This document shows positions 8,216-18,600 of a stretch of 38,097 bases of DNA, one piece after another. The DNA is taken from the sequence record DRR723986_16569; one strand, written 5' to 3'. The notes beneath the pieces were generated by a model that searched no databases, was not told the origin of the DNA, and saw only the letters and a program-made list of their open reading frames with translations. Position 1 is the stretch's first letter; each line of letters begins with the position of its first letter. Both the position numbers and the translations under genes were made by a program.

Positions 8216-8914
8216 TTAAAAATCTAAATAATTTAGTTGTATTTTTTTATTTTTCTTATTGGCTGTTTTTACTACAATAACATCTTTTAAGTCATTCCAA
8301 TCTTCATCTGACATATTCAATAAATAAACATTAGCAGCCTCTTCAGTTTCATCATATTCAAAATGGCTGAAATTGGCAACAGACTGCAGATATTCTTCCA
8401 GTTTTTTCTCAACTAGAACGGGCTCAACCTCTGCAATGTAGCTGTCTACTTCTTCAATTGTGTGAAGGTTCGCTATGGATTCTCTGTCATTTAATTTTCG
8501 TTTCAAATTTTTAGATTCAAGCAAAAGATCAAGCAAATCATGGAAGAATTTAGATCCCAAACTCAAGAAAAAACCTGTTAATAGGCAACCAAAAATATCG
8601 TAAAGTGCGTGTAACCATGAGTTGTCCTGGCTAAAATCAAACGATTGCCAACCGAGTTCGAAAGCTGGGTTATAAATCTGAAAAATACTTGCACGAGTCA
8701 ATAAAGCCACAACAATACCAGCAATAATTGCCATGGTCTGAATTTCTCGAGATCGTTGCTGCTCAGCATTTTCAGTAGCACTTTTTTTGGATACGAACAA
8801 TAGTGCAATTGACTTCACCCAGCTGGTTGGTCTTAGTTTAACCAGGTTCGTAATTTTCTCTGTAATCATGCTCAGAATGAGCAGAACAAAAACTATTTGT
8901 ATAAAGGCATCCAT
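8216..8914 (-). CDS. Three-TM membrane protein of unknown function with soluble acidic C-terminal domain
   Basis: Hydrophobic helices at the N-terminus, MAIIAGIVVALL and IFGCLLTGFFLSLGSKFFHDLL; its start overlaps the upstream stop (TAATG at 8914). Confidence 0.7.
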   Translation of the reverse strand: MDAFIQIVFVLLILSMITEKITNLVKLRPTSWVKSIALLFVSKKSATENAEQQRSREIQTMAIIAGIVVALLTRASIFQIYNPAFELGWQSFDFSQDNSWLHALYDIFGCLLTGFFLSLGSKFFHDLLDLLLESKNLKRKLNDRESIANLHTIEEVDSYIAEVEPVLVEKKLEEYLQSVANFSHFEYDETEEAANVYLLNMSDEDWNDLKDVIVVKTANKKNKKIQLNYLDF

Positions 8915-10032
8915 TAACTTAATTCTTTATAAGTGATGTACTCAAGGTTCAATAAGGTTTTATGTTCATCCCATTTGAAATTCAAGGCTAAATCTAATTC
9001 TCGATCTCTTGTTGGAAAATAGTCTAAATTTATTCCATGGGGATTTGGGTTATCGTCTATACCTTTTAATAAATCATCTGGTGGCGGAATAGGAGTTGCC
9101 AAATGAAACATCAATTCAATAGAAAAATCCTGCTCTAACTCCCGTTGGCTATATATTTGTTGTACTGATTTTTCTCTCTTTAATACCGCTTTCGTTATCG
9201 TTTTTTTATTGGCGTCAGAAATTTCAGGACGACCATTTTTTTCAGAAAATTGGCTGAGACAATGTTTAATTACCTCATCTCCCATGTCTATAGATTTTTC
9301 GCATTGACCGTATATGTATTCACACAACACATCTGGATATCTCACATTTAAATCGCTTGCAAAACCCATTCGTTTGACCACATTTCCGTAAAGAATACCT
9401 CCGAATTTACGCCACATTCCAATCTTCAACCCTCTTCTTGCTGTCGGTGTTAAAAAACGTTTATCAAAATCAGGTAATTTTTTAGCAACTCCTTTAAATT
9501 TTCCGTGCCATGACATTGGACTTCTGACAGGAACATTTTTTGTAGCGGCTATTTCCGCATATGCTTCGAACATGTTTTTTTCAAAATAAACGACCCCGTG
9601 ATGGTTTGCCAAATGGTCGATATTTTCCAAGCCTATGACCCCTTCAATTAAACGGAATTGTTCCAACAGTTCAATGGTCAAATCTGCCGTTCTAATTTTA
9701 CTAAAAGGGAATCCTTTAATTTGATGAAATTCGCCCTTATTTTCGCCTGTCGCTTCAGGATTAATCAAAGAACTAGGGGATGCTTCGCTGCCTCTATAAA
9801 TAGCCTTACCCGAAGTAATACAAAAATGCAAACCAATGCCAAAATCAAAGCCATTCTTTGCCATGTCTTTCTTTAAATGAAAAAGTCGTTCTAATCTTTG
9901 GATGGATGTTTTATGCGTCACTACCGCAGAGACGGTAGTTATTGCTCGTTTTCTTAAGGCAATAATAATGGCATGATCAATTCTATTGCAGACGCCATAA
10001 TCATCAGCTGTAATGATAACTTTATTTTTCAT
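8914..10032 (-). CDS. YdjC/ChbG/HpnK-family carbohydrate deacetylase, enlarged
   Basis: N-terminal VIITADDYG, ITTVSAVV, GIGLHFCIT, DHLANHHG, ELMFHLA and R..EL near the C-terminus; likely ATG at 10032. Confidence 0.8.
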   Translation of the reverse strand: MKNKVIITADDYGVCNRIDHAIIIALRKRAITTVSAVVTHKTSIQRLERLFHLKKDMAKNGFDFGIGLHFCITSGKAIYRGSEASPSSLINPEATGENKGEFHQIKGFPFSKIRTADLTIELLEQFRLIEGVIGLENIDHLANHHGVVYFEKNMFEAYAEIAATKNVPVRSPMSWHGKFKGVAKKLPDFDKRFLTPTARRGLKIGMWRKFGGILYGNVVKRMGFASDLNVRYPDVLCEYIYGQCEKSIDMGDEVIKHCLSQFSEKNGRPEISDANKKTITKAVLKREKSVQQIYSQRELEQDFSIELMFHLATPIPPPDDLLKGIDDNPNPHGINLDYFPTRDRELDLALNFKWDEHKTLLNLEYITYKELS

Positions 10033-10082
10033 AGAATTGTTGAGGTTCAACAAGATATGAAAAAAAACTGAAGCTAGTTCGT

Positions 10083-11123
10083 TTACGGAAACTCGTAAAA
10101 ATAGCGCCTTGCTCGTTTCACAGTTGGCTCTACCATATTGTATTCTACATCTAGTGGTTCTTTACCTCGTTCAAAAAACCAATACCCATTTCTAGGTTCG
10201 AATTGTTGCATTGATGAAAAATCAAAAGTGTCCGATTTAAAATATGCTTTGTAATTCGTTTGACTAAAATCGGCGTATCCTGACTCTACTCCATCATCTT
10301 TCAGTTGCTCACCAATCATATCTGAGAAGTAAGAAAAATCATCTGAAATTTCACCCGTTTCGGTGTAGGCTAAAAAATAACGCTTTGGAATTTTAGTTTC
10401 ATCCTCGTATATCTTTTTCAACCAAAATCCATCTTCTGGATCATGCATCAAAGCAAAAGAAAAATCAGGTTCTCTATTAAATTCCATTATTTCTTTACCA
10501 TCTGCATTTAAACCCATTTGCCAAGTTGAAAAGGTATAGATGATTTCGTTTGCTTGTTCACTATAATATCCAAAGAAAGCTCCAAATTCTTTGACCTGTT
10601 TCGCTTCCTCAGGAGTTAGGTCACTGTAAAAATCTACGGCTTTGGGAGTTGGATAGTTTGTAAATGAAGACCAATTTTCTTCTTCCCCATTCCATACAAA
10701 CATGGCAATATTTTGCGCTCCCTTACTTGATTGAATAAGCACTGCATAAGGTAATGCACTTTCTGGATTAATAATTGCAAATTCTGTTGTCGTATAACAC
10801 TCATCATTGCTAAACTCCAAATAATTAGCCTCCACTTTCTTACTGATCCAAACGTATTCATCCACGCCATCTCCCATCAACAGATTCTTGACCTGTTTTT
10901 CATTGTAGCAAAAATCCTCAGTGATTTGTTCAGGCTTTAAGGCATAAAAACTCTGAATGATTTCGGGTTGTTCTTCTAATTTATAGACAATCGAATCATC
11001 ATTCTCAGTTGCAGCCGTTAAATCTTCTTCTCCACCTGATGACGTAATATATCCTCCGTCATCTTCAGGAGCTGAACCGCAAGAAAACAAGGCAAGAGAA
11101 GCGAAAAATAAAACCTTTCTCAT
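10083..11123 (-). CDS. Acidic lipoprotein, function unknown
   Basis: Lipobox LALFS-C and acidic linker; start overlaps the kbl stop (TAATG). Confidence 0.7.
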   Translation of the reverse strand: MRKVLFFASLALFSCGSAPEDDGGYITSSGGEEDLTAATENDDSIVYKLEEQPEIIQSFYALKPEQITEDFCYNEKQVKNLLMGDGVDEYVWISKKVEANYLEFSNDECYTTTEFAIINPESALPYAVLIQSSKGAQNIAMFVWNGEEENWSSFTNYPTPKAVDFYSDLTPEEAKQVKEFGAFFGYYSEQANEIIYTFSTWQMGLNADGKEIMEFNREPDFSFALMHDPEDGFWLKKIYEDETKIPKRYFLAYTETGEISDDFSYFSDMIGEQLKDDGVESGYADFSQTNYKAYFKSDTFDFSSMQQFEPRNGYWFFERGKEPLDVEYNMVEPTVKRARRYFYEFP

Positions 11124-12313
11124 TATTTGATAGCACCCAATTCTTTACCTACTTTCTCAAAGGCGGCAATTGCTTTATCTAATTGAGCAATTGAATGTCC
11201 GGCAGAAACTTGCACTCTAATTCTAGCTAATTCTTTTGGAACAACAGGATAAAAGAATCCAATTGCATATACACCTTCTTCTAATAATCTATTCGCAAAT
11301 TTTTGAGCCAAAGGAGCATCATAAAGCATTACTGGAACAATTGGAGAATCTCCTTCTCTAATTTCTAATCCCGCTTTTTTGATTCCGTCTTTGAAATATT
11401 TGGTGTTGCTTTCTAATTTATCTCTCAGCTCTGTTGATTCAGTCAATAAATCCAATACTGCAATTGAAGCTCCAACAATTGCCGGAGACAATGAGTTTGA
11501 AAATAAATAAGGTCTTGAACGTTGACGTAACATGTCAACCACTTCTTTTTTAGCAGCTGTAAATCCACCCATTGCACCGCCGAGTGCTTTACCTAAGGTA
11601 CCGGTAATGATATCTACTCTACCCATTACGTTATTGTACTCGTGTGTTCCACGGCCAGTTTTACCGATAAATCCAGTAGCATGGCAATCATCCACCATTA
11701 CAAGCGCATCATATTTTTCAGCTAAATCACAAATTTGATCCAGTTTGGCAATGTATCCATCCATAGAGAATACACCATCTGTAACAATGATACGGTTACG
11801 TTGCGCTTGGGCCGCTTTTAATTGCTCTTCTAAATCGGCCATGTCAGAATTCTTGTAACGGTATCTTGCCGCCTTACATAAACGCACTCCATCAATAATT
11901 GAGGCGTGATTTAACTCATCTGAAATGATAGCATCTTCTTTTCCGAATAAGGGTTCAAAGACTCCACCGTTGGCATCAAAAGCCGCTGCGTAAAGAATAG
12001 AGTCTTCCATCCCTAAGAAGTCTGCTATTTTCTTTTCTAATGTTTTGTGGATGTCCTGCGTTCCACAAATGAATCTTACAGAAGACATTCCATAGCCATG
12101 AGACTCTAGTGCTTTTGCAGCACCTTCAATCACTTTAGGATGCGAAGAAAGTCCTAAATAGTTATTCGCACACATGATGACAACTTCATCTCCTGTACTC
12201 ACTGTAACCTCAGCTCCTTGCGGGCTGGTAATAATTCTTTCTTCTTTATATAATCCGGCTGCTTTAATTTCAGCTAGTTCATTTTGTAATTGTTGTTGTA
12301 ATTTACCTATCAT
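11123..12313 (-). CDS. kbl: Glycine C-acetyltransferase (2-amino-3-ketobutyrate CoA ligase)
   Basis: [39 protein letters not shown] lysine in [30 protein letters not shown]. Confidence 0.96.
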   Translation of the reverse strand: MIGKLQQQLQNELAEIKAAGLYKEERIITSPQGAEVTVSTGDEVVIMCANNYLGLSSHPKVIEGAAKALESHGYGMSSVRFICGTQDIHKTLEKKIADFLGMEDSILYAAAFDANGGVFEPLFGKEDAIISDELNHASIIDGVRLCKAARYRYKNSDMADLEEQLKAAQAQRNRIIVTDGVFSMDGYIAKLDQICDLAEKYDALVMVDDCHATGFIGKTGRGTHEYNNVMGRVDIITGTLGKALGGAMGGFTAAKKEVVDMLRQRSRPYLFSNSLSPAIVGASIAVLDLLTESTELRDKLESNTKYFKDGIKKAGLEIREGDSPIVPVMLYDAPLAQKFANRLLEEGVYAIGFFYPVVPKELARIRVQVSAGHSIAQLDKAIAAFEKVGKELGAIK

Positions 12314-12340
12314 AAAAACATCTTTAAGTGACGATTGTTA

Positions 12341-12371
12341 CAAATATAAACGTTCTTAAATTATATCTTTG
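12341..12371. promoter_or_regulatory. Divergent Bacteroidota -7 promoter boxes for kbl (minus) and the sterol-desaturase gene (plus)
   Basis: TATATTTG on the minus strand at 12348-12341 and TATCTTTG on the plus strand at 12364-12371. Confidence 0.55.
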
Positions 12372-12383
12372 GTTGAAGTAGAG

Positions 12384-13262
12384 ATGACAAATTATTCTGA
12401 CATATTTTTAAAGTCTTTTGGTGAGTACGGTGATTACATCTGGAATCAAATCACTTTTAAAGTTCCCTGGACAGATAATTATTTTTATGTACTCATCCTG
12501 GCTTCATTGATTGTTTGGGGTCTAGAGCTGGCTTTTCCCTGGCGCAAACATCAACCTGCTTTTCGAAAAGATTTTTGGTTAGATGGATTCTTCATGTTTT
12601 TCAATTTTTTCATTTTCAATTGGATCATTTTTATTGCATTTTCCAAGTTATTGGGGGCTGTAATCGCTACGCAAGCGGGAGGATCTATTACAAATTGGGC
12701 ATTAGTTGATATTTCTTCATTGCCAAATTGGTTGCAATTGATCATCTTTTTTGTTGTGCTAGATTTTGTGCAATGGCTCATCCATAATTTACTGCACCGC
12801 ATTCCATTTTTATGGCGATTTCATAAGGTACACCATTCGGTTGAAGAAATGGGATTTGCAGCGCATTTACGTTACCATTGGATGGAGACGGTAGTTTACA
12901 ACCCAGCTAAATACATTGGTGTGATGCTGATTGGCGGATTTACTCCTGACCAAGCCTATATTGTATATATGGGCACATTAATAATCGGGCATATAAATCA
13001 TGCCAATTTGGGGTGGGATTATGGGCCTCTAAAATACATCTTTAACAATCCCAAAATGCATATTTGGCATCATGCAAAGGAACTGCCCGAATCACATCAA
13101 AAAGGAATGAATTTCGGGATCTCCTTGAGCATTTGGGACTACATCTTCAGAACAAATTATGTGCCCAAATCGGGTAGAGACATTGAACTCGGATTTGAAG
13201 ATTTAGACAGCTACCCAAAGTCATTTTGGGGATTAATTTTTTCAGGGTTCAGAAAGAAATAA
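12384..13262 (+). CDS. Sterol desaturase / fatty acid hydroxylase family membrane di-iron enzyme
   Basis: His boxes HNLLH, FHKVHHS, RYHW, HINHAN and HIWHH, plus NFG..LSIWDYIF; ATG at 12384 preferred because the TTG at 12369 lies in the promoter box. Confidence 0.92.
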   Translation: MTNYSDIFLKSFGEYGDYIWNQITFKVPWTDNYFYVLILASLIVWGLELAFPWRKHQPAFRKDFWLDGFFMFFNFFIFNWIIFIAFSKLLGAVIATQAGGSITNWALVDISSLPNWLQLIIFFVVLDFVQWLIHNLLHRIPFLWRFHKVHHSVEEMGFAAHLRYHWMETVVYNPAKYIGVMLIGGFTPDQAYIVYMGTLIIGHINHANLGWDYGPLKYIFNNPKMHIWHHAKELPESHQKGMNFGISLSIWDYIFRTNYVPKSGRDIELGFEDLDSYPKSFWGLIFSGFRKK

Positions 13263-13321
13263 GTTTTTCGGAAAACTTCTAAAATTTAATTGAGACTATT
13301 ATATTAGATTAAAAATTACCT

Positions 13322-14236
13322 ATGAAAACACTCTCATTAATACTTACTCTGTTAGCTGGAACTGCTGCTATTGCCCAAGAAATTGAAAAGGACAAAGATG
13401 GATTCGTATCTATTCCTGAAATATCCGAAAAAATTGTCATCAAGGGTAAATCAATTAAAATAGATGAAGCCCATTTTAAATACCTGCCTGAATACAGTTA
13501 CAAAGATGGAATTGTATATGGATCGTGGATAAAATTCTATTTAGATGGGATTGAAGACGTGAATAGTTTTGAAGGAAAGTCTCTGATTTTGACCAAAGAA
13601 AGAGTGTATCGTAAATCAGACGAGAAAGTGATGTACTCGGTAGACTGGTCATTTGGTGATGATGGTGCAGAAGATGCTGTTGAGTTAGATGAAGATGAAC
13701 ATTTGGTTTTCACGGCTAAACTAGAAATTGGCACCCCTATGTGGTCTGATGATTACGTCTGGGAGATTACCATTGCGAATTTTTGTAACGGCGATAAGGT
13801 GACGCTTTCTGTGCCTTTCAAAATTATTCCGAATCCAGCTATTAAAACCAAAACATCTGGTGGAGCAGGCGTCAAAGAAGTTTGCTTATTCAATAAAGAC
13901 AAAAAATATTTATACGCAGGAACAGAAATTAATCAGGGGAATTTAAGTGTACCGTTTTATGACATTTCGGGCTTCAAACAACAAGATGGATTGTATAAAG
14001 TGGGAGTATCTGTTCAATTCTTGAACTCAAAAGGCGAAATTATAACCGAAAATGAAGACCTTGCTACCGGTAGTGATGCCTTTATTGAACCTGCAGAAGA
14101 TGGGACGCTAGAGCTATTTCCATTTATAGATATTAAATCAGATGTGGCTCAGCAATTTGTCACCTACAAAATCACGATTTGGGATAAAATCGGAAAAGGG
14201 GTTGTAGAAACTGAAATTAAAGTATTCGTTAAATAG
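13322..14236 (+). CDS. Secreted hypothetical protein with two related beta-sandwich-like halves
   Basis: Signal peptide ending AIA-Q; the halves end in YVWEITIANF..KVTLSVPFKI and VTYKITIWDK..VETEIKVFV. Confidence 0.65.
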   Translation: MKTLSLILTLLAGTAAIAQEIEKDKDGFVSIPEISEKIVIKGKSIKIDEAHFKYLPEYSYKDGIVYGSWIKFYLDGIEDVNSFEGKSLILTKERVYRKSDEKVMYSVDWSFGDDGAEDAVELDEDEHLVFTAKLEIGTPMWSDDYVWEITIANFCNGDKVTLSVPFKIIPNPAIKTKTSGGAGVKEVCLFNKDKKYLYAGTEINQGNLSVPFYDISGFKQQDGLYKVGVSVQFLNSKGEIITENEDLATGSDAFIEPAEDGTLELFPFIDIKSDVAQQFVTYKITIWDKIGKGVVETEIKVFVK

Positions 14237-14261
14237 GTACTTTCGTCAAAACTGAGACGAA

Positions 14262-14498
14262 ATGACAAATAACGATATTTTTAAAAAACTACGAGTAGCC
14301 TTAAAATTAACCAATAAAGATATCGTGGATATTTGTGCTTTGGTTGATTTTAAAGTTTCGGAAAGTGAATTGGGTGCTTTTTTCAGAAGAGAAGACCATC
14401 CGAAATACCGAAATTGCGGAGATCAAATTCTACGAAACTTTCTAAACGGCTTGGTTATTCATATGAGAGGACCATTGCCGGAAAAGAAAGAAGATTAA
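14262..14498 (+). CDS. DUF1456 (YehS-like) family protein
   Basis: MTNNDIFKKLRVAL..SELGAFFR..CGDQILRNFLNGL..RG pattern. Confidence 0.9.
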   Translation: MTNNDIFKKLRVALKLTNKDIVDICALVDFKVSESELGAFFRREDHPKYRNCGDQILRNFLNGLVIHMRGPLPEKKED

Positions 14499-14725
14499 TC
14501 GTCCAAAATATCTTCTGAAGTACGCTCTTTTTCATCAAAGAAGGTCGAAACCACGGCATAAAATAAAGTGACAGGGATATAGGTACATACAGAAATAAGA
14601 ATGATATAATAGGGACTAAAAAAATCGGATGAATAAAATAATGTTAGCCCGATTATTATCAATGCCGTTATCCCAAATGAAAAACCTAGTCTTTTCGGGA
14701 CGCTATTAAGGAACTTTAATTTCAC
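14495..14725 (-). CDS. Small two-TM membrane protein
   Basis: Probable GTG start at 14725 (the ORF track extends to 14809); two hydrophobic helices and an acidic tail EDILDD. Confidence 0.55.
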   Translation of the reverse strand: MKLKFLNSVPKRLGFSFGITALIIIGLTLFYSSDFFSPYYIILISVCTYIPVTLFYAVVSTFFDEKERTSEDILDD

Positions 14726-14854
14726 TTCTCTAAAGGTACGAATCTGACAGAATTCTAGATTTTGCGAAAATCGCAAGTAAAAAACTGTTTTTGCTGAATT
14801 CAATTCCAATAAGCTTTAGTCTTCCTCTAATTTTGTTGATGTAAAACAAAGATT

Positions 14855-15478
14855 ATGAAAACGATATTAGCAATCAGTATTTTATTTGTTCTGGTAGGCT
14901 GTCATCCACCAGAAACAACAATTATTAAAATTAACGCCGTTGATGGATCAACAAATGGCCCTTTAGATTCGCTGCGTTGTCAAGTTCTAGAAAAAGGGGC
15001 GCCAATCGCTGAAAAATATACGCAACATGGTCAAACCCAAATGGCTTTTGAAATGCGATCCAATTTATCTTATGAATTGCAAATTGATGCAATGACTGAG
15101 AACAAAATGGTTCAAGTTCAGCACCCAGGTTATCACATTATTTTAGGTCAAACGAATGAATTTGATGTGAAATTTTTAAGGTATGGCTTTTTGTCTCTGA
15201 GTCTTGAGACTTTAGTTAACACCACGTCAAACGATTTTTTAGAATATCAATTGGTAAACCTTGATTACAACGAAATTTATCCCATATCAAATGGCTGGGA
15301 TTACGGTGAGGCAGATATCTACGGACCGCAATATGGACAGCATTTTGTTACCCATGAAATGCCCGCGGGAAATTACCGTTTAGATTATCGAGTTAGAAGA
15401 AACGGATACTATTCAACCTCAGAAACTTATATTACAATACAGCCAGAATTGACCACTGACTTTCTGTTACAGTATTAA
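14855..15478 (+). CDS. Lipoprotein, beta-sandwich-like, function unknown
   Basis: Lipobox VLVG-C; TAATTTTG box at 14828-14835 upstream; terminator downstream. Confidence 0.7.
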   Translation: MKTILAISILFVLVGCHPPETTIIKINAVDGSTNGPLDSLRCQVLEKGAPIAEKYTQHGQTQMAFEMRSNLSYELQIDAMTENKMVQVQHPGYHIILGQTNEFDVKFLRYGFLSLSLETLVNTTSNDFLEYQLVNLDYNEIYPISNGWDYGEADIYGPQYGQHFVTHEMPAGNYRLDYRVRRNGYYSTSETYITIQPELTTDFLLQY

Positions 15479-15505
15479 GATTTTTGCTTTTCATAGCTAT
15501 AACCT

Positions 15506-15542
15506 AAACCCTGTCCTTTTTTGCTTAAGGATGGGGTTTTTT
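15506..15542 (+). terminator. Rho-independent terminator
   Basis: Stem AAACCCTGTCCTT / AAGGATGGGGTTT followed by a T run. Confidence 0.7.
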
Positions 15543-15699
15543 AGGTTTATTCTTTCGTGAACGAAAGAAATGATTTGAAATCTCATTCATAAATTAAATA
15601 TACCTCACCAAACTTTAAAAAAACTACCCCATTCATACGAAACAACCTGATTTATAGCACGAAGCATTTACTTTCGGTTGAAATATTAACCTAGAATAA

Positions 15700-18600
15700 A
15701 TGAAAAAATTAAATTTAATACTATTGTTGCTGATTGGTTTTGGCAGCTTTGCGCAGTGTCCTGTTGGAGATGTAACCTTGAACACTCAGGCTGATGTCGA
15801 CAATTTTCAAGTAAATTATCCTAATTGTTCTGTAATTGATGGTGATTTTACAGTTAGTGGATTAGACATCACTGATTTAACACCACTGATAAACATTACG
15901 CAGGTAACTGGAACATTACAATTAAACACCTGTGGGTTCGCTTCTTTGAATGGTTTACAAAATCTAACTTCTGTCGGATCAGCAGGTGGTCAGGAAATGC
16001 TTATGATTTATAACAATCAAAATCTACAGGACATGAGCCAGTTGTACAATCTTAACACTGTAATTGGTGACCTTTGGGTTTATAATAATGACAACGTAGT
16101 TACTCTTTACGGATTGCAAGGATTAAATGCGATAAACGGCAATCTGTTTATTGTTCAAAATGATGGCCTCGTCAATTTCTTTGGTTTGCACGCTTTAGTC
16201 AGTGTTGGTAGTATCGGAATTAGTCAAAATACCGTTTTGCAAGACATTTCTCAAATTTCTAGCCTTAATTCAGTTAATACAATATTAATTGAAAACAATG
16301 CGCAATTAAACAGCCTTAGTGGTTTACAAGGATTAACCAATATGTCTGGAAATTTGAAAATAGAAGGTAATAATATCAACAGTTGCTCAGGCTTAAATAA
16401 TTTGGTATCAATAGGATCATTCTCAATCAAAAATGAACAATCACTCACCAGTTTATCAGGTTTACAGAGTTTAACAACAGTGAATGGATTAACCGTTGAA
16501 TTTTGCCCTCAACTGCAATCGTTTGATGCACTTGAAAACTTGAATTCAGTTGGAAATTTAAATATAAAGGCGAATTTTATGTTAAACGACTTATCCGCTT
16601 TAAATCATCCAATTGCTTTAAACAGTTTAACTGTAACAAATAATAATAATTTACAACAATGTGCAGTTCAAGCGATATGTGATTATTTGGATGTAAACAC
16701 TGCAACTATTCAGAGCAATAATTTTGGTTGTAATTCAGAAACCGAAGTTGAAAATCAATGCGCAACATTAACCCAACTTTTACCTATTCATTGCGGTGAA
16801 CAATTAACAACGTTTGATCAAGTTTTTCATGCTGAGGCAGTGACAGGTGCTACTGAATATGAATTTCAAATTTGGAACATTCTTGACCCTCAAAATCAAC
16901 AAGTAAGTGGTTCTGTTTCTCCGAGTCATAGCCTTGAACAATTTGGTTTATTTGAATTGGGTCAGACCTATGAGATTAGGGTCAAGGCTAAAATAAATGG
17001 AATATGGTATGGATACGGTCCTATTTGTCAACTTTATTCACCTGTTACAGTTCCTGAAACTCAAATTACCGCATCAAATTGTAACCAACAACTTATCACA
17101 TTTGATGAATTGTTTTATGCAACAGAAGTATCAGGAGCGACTCAATATGAATTTGAATTTACAAATACGCAATCCGGTCAGGTAACATTAAGTAATTCAA
17201 CGGACAATAGTCATTCTCTTCAAGCAGCTGGCTTAACTAACTTTAATCAAATTTATAATGTTAGAGTTAGAGCTTATATTGACGGTACTTGGGGTGCTTA
17301 CGGAACGAGTTGCGCAATACATGCTCCGATTTCTCCATGTCCTATTGGTGACGTCATACTCTTAAATCAAAACCAAGTAGACCAATTTATAATTGATTAT
17401 CCTACTTGTACTGAAATTGACGGTAACCTTTTTGTAACTGGCTCATTAAACGATTTGAGTCCACTATCAAACCTTGTCACAATCCATGGCGATTTTTCAC
17501 TATCTACTTACAGCAGCGCATTAAGCACATTAACTGGAATACATAATATTGCTACAGTTGACGGAGAACTCTCTCTTTATATCAACGGAACAACTAATAT
17601 CACTGATTTAACTGAATTAACTGCACTTGCAACTATTAACTCATTGAAAATTGGAGGTTCTAGCCTTACCTCAATGACAGGCTTAGAAAATCTTACCAGT
17701 TTAAATGGTGGGTTGACTATTAATGACGCGGATAATTTAACCAATTTAACAGGACTTCAGAATATTAATTCTATAGGTGGGGATGTATACTTAAACGATA
17801 ACCTTTTACTACAAGACCTCACGCTACTTTCTACGATTAGCAATTGGAACTTGAATCAATTAACCATTAGTCAAAATAACGCTTTAATTGATCTGAATGG
17901 ATTCCAGAATGTTACAAGTGTGGAAAAATTGGTCGTTTCTTTAAATGATAATTTGATAACTCTAAATGGTCTCAATTCTTTGACCAATATTGGTGCCAAC
18001 CCTTATTATTCATTAGAGGTTTCTCACAATCAGGACCTTCAAAGTATTGCCGCCCTATCAAATGTGACATCAATAGGCGGCGGAATTTCAATGACTTGGA
18101 ACCAAAATCTTATTTCTTATGACGGCATGCAAGGCATTACAAACGTGCCATATTCAATGAATCTAAGTTTCAATGGGGTTTCAGATCTTACCGGCTTTAA
18201 TAATCTAGCTTCTACACCAAGATTAACAATTGACAATAACCCAAACCTAACAAGTCTAAACGGACTTGAAAATCTGACTACGGTATCTGGTGACTTTTTT
18301 CGGTTTGCTTATAATCCTAATTTAACAGATATACAGGCCTTGAATCATCCAATTGTAATTCCTGCCCTCCTCCAAATTTATTTCAACTCTAGCTTATCTA
18401 CTTGCAATGCTCAAGCTGTATGTGATTATGTAGATGCTTTTTCTGCTGATATTCATCACAATGATGGAGGCTGTGACTCACAAGCTGAAGTTCAAGCTTC
18501 GTGTGCTGTGCCACTTACACAATTAAAACCAGCACACTGCGGAGAACAACTAACAACTTTCAATGAGGTGTTCTATGCTGATGCAGTGCCAGGCGCAACA

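Noticed and set aside
8216-8914. Prophage lysis cassette suggested by the holin-like motif
   Set aside because: No endolysin, structural or integrase genes are present in the window.
11123-12313. BioF or serine palmitoyltransferase assignment
   Set aside because: The [15 protein letters not shown] and [11 protein letters not shown] motifs are characteristic of Kbl.
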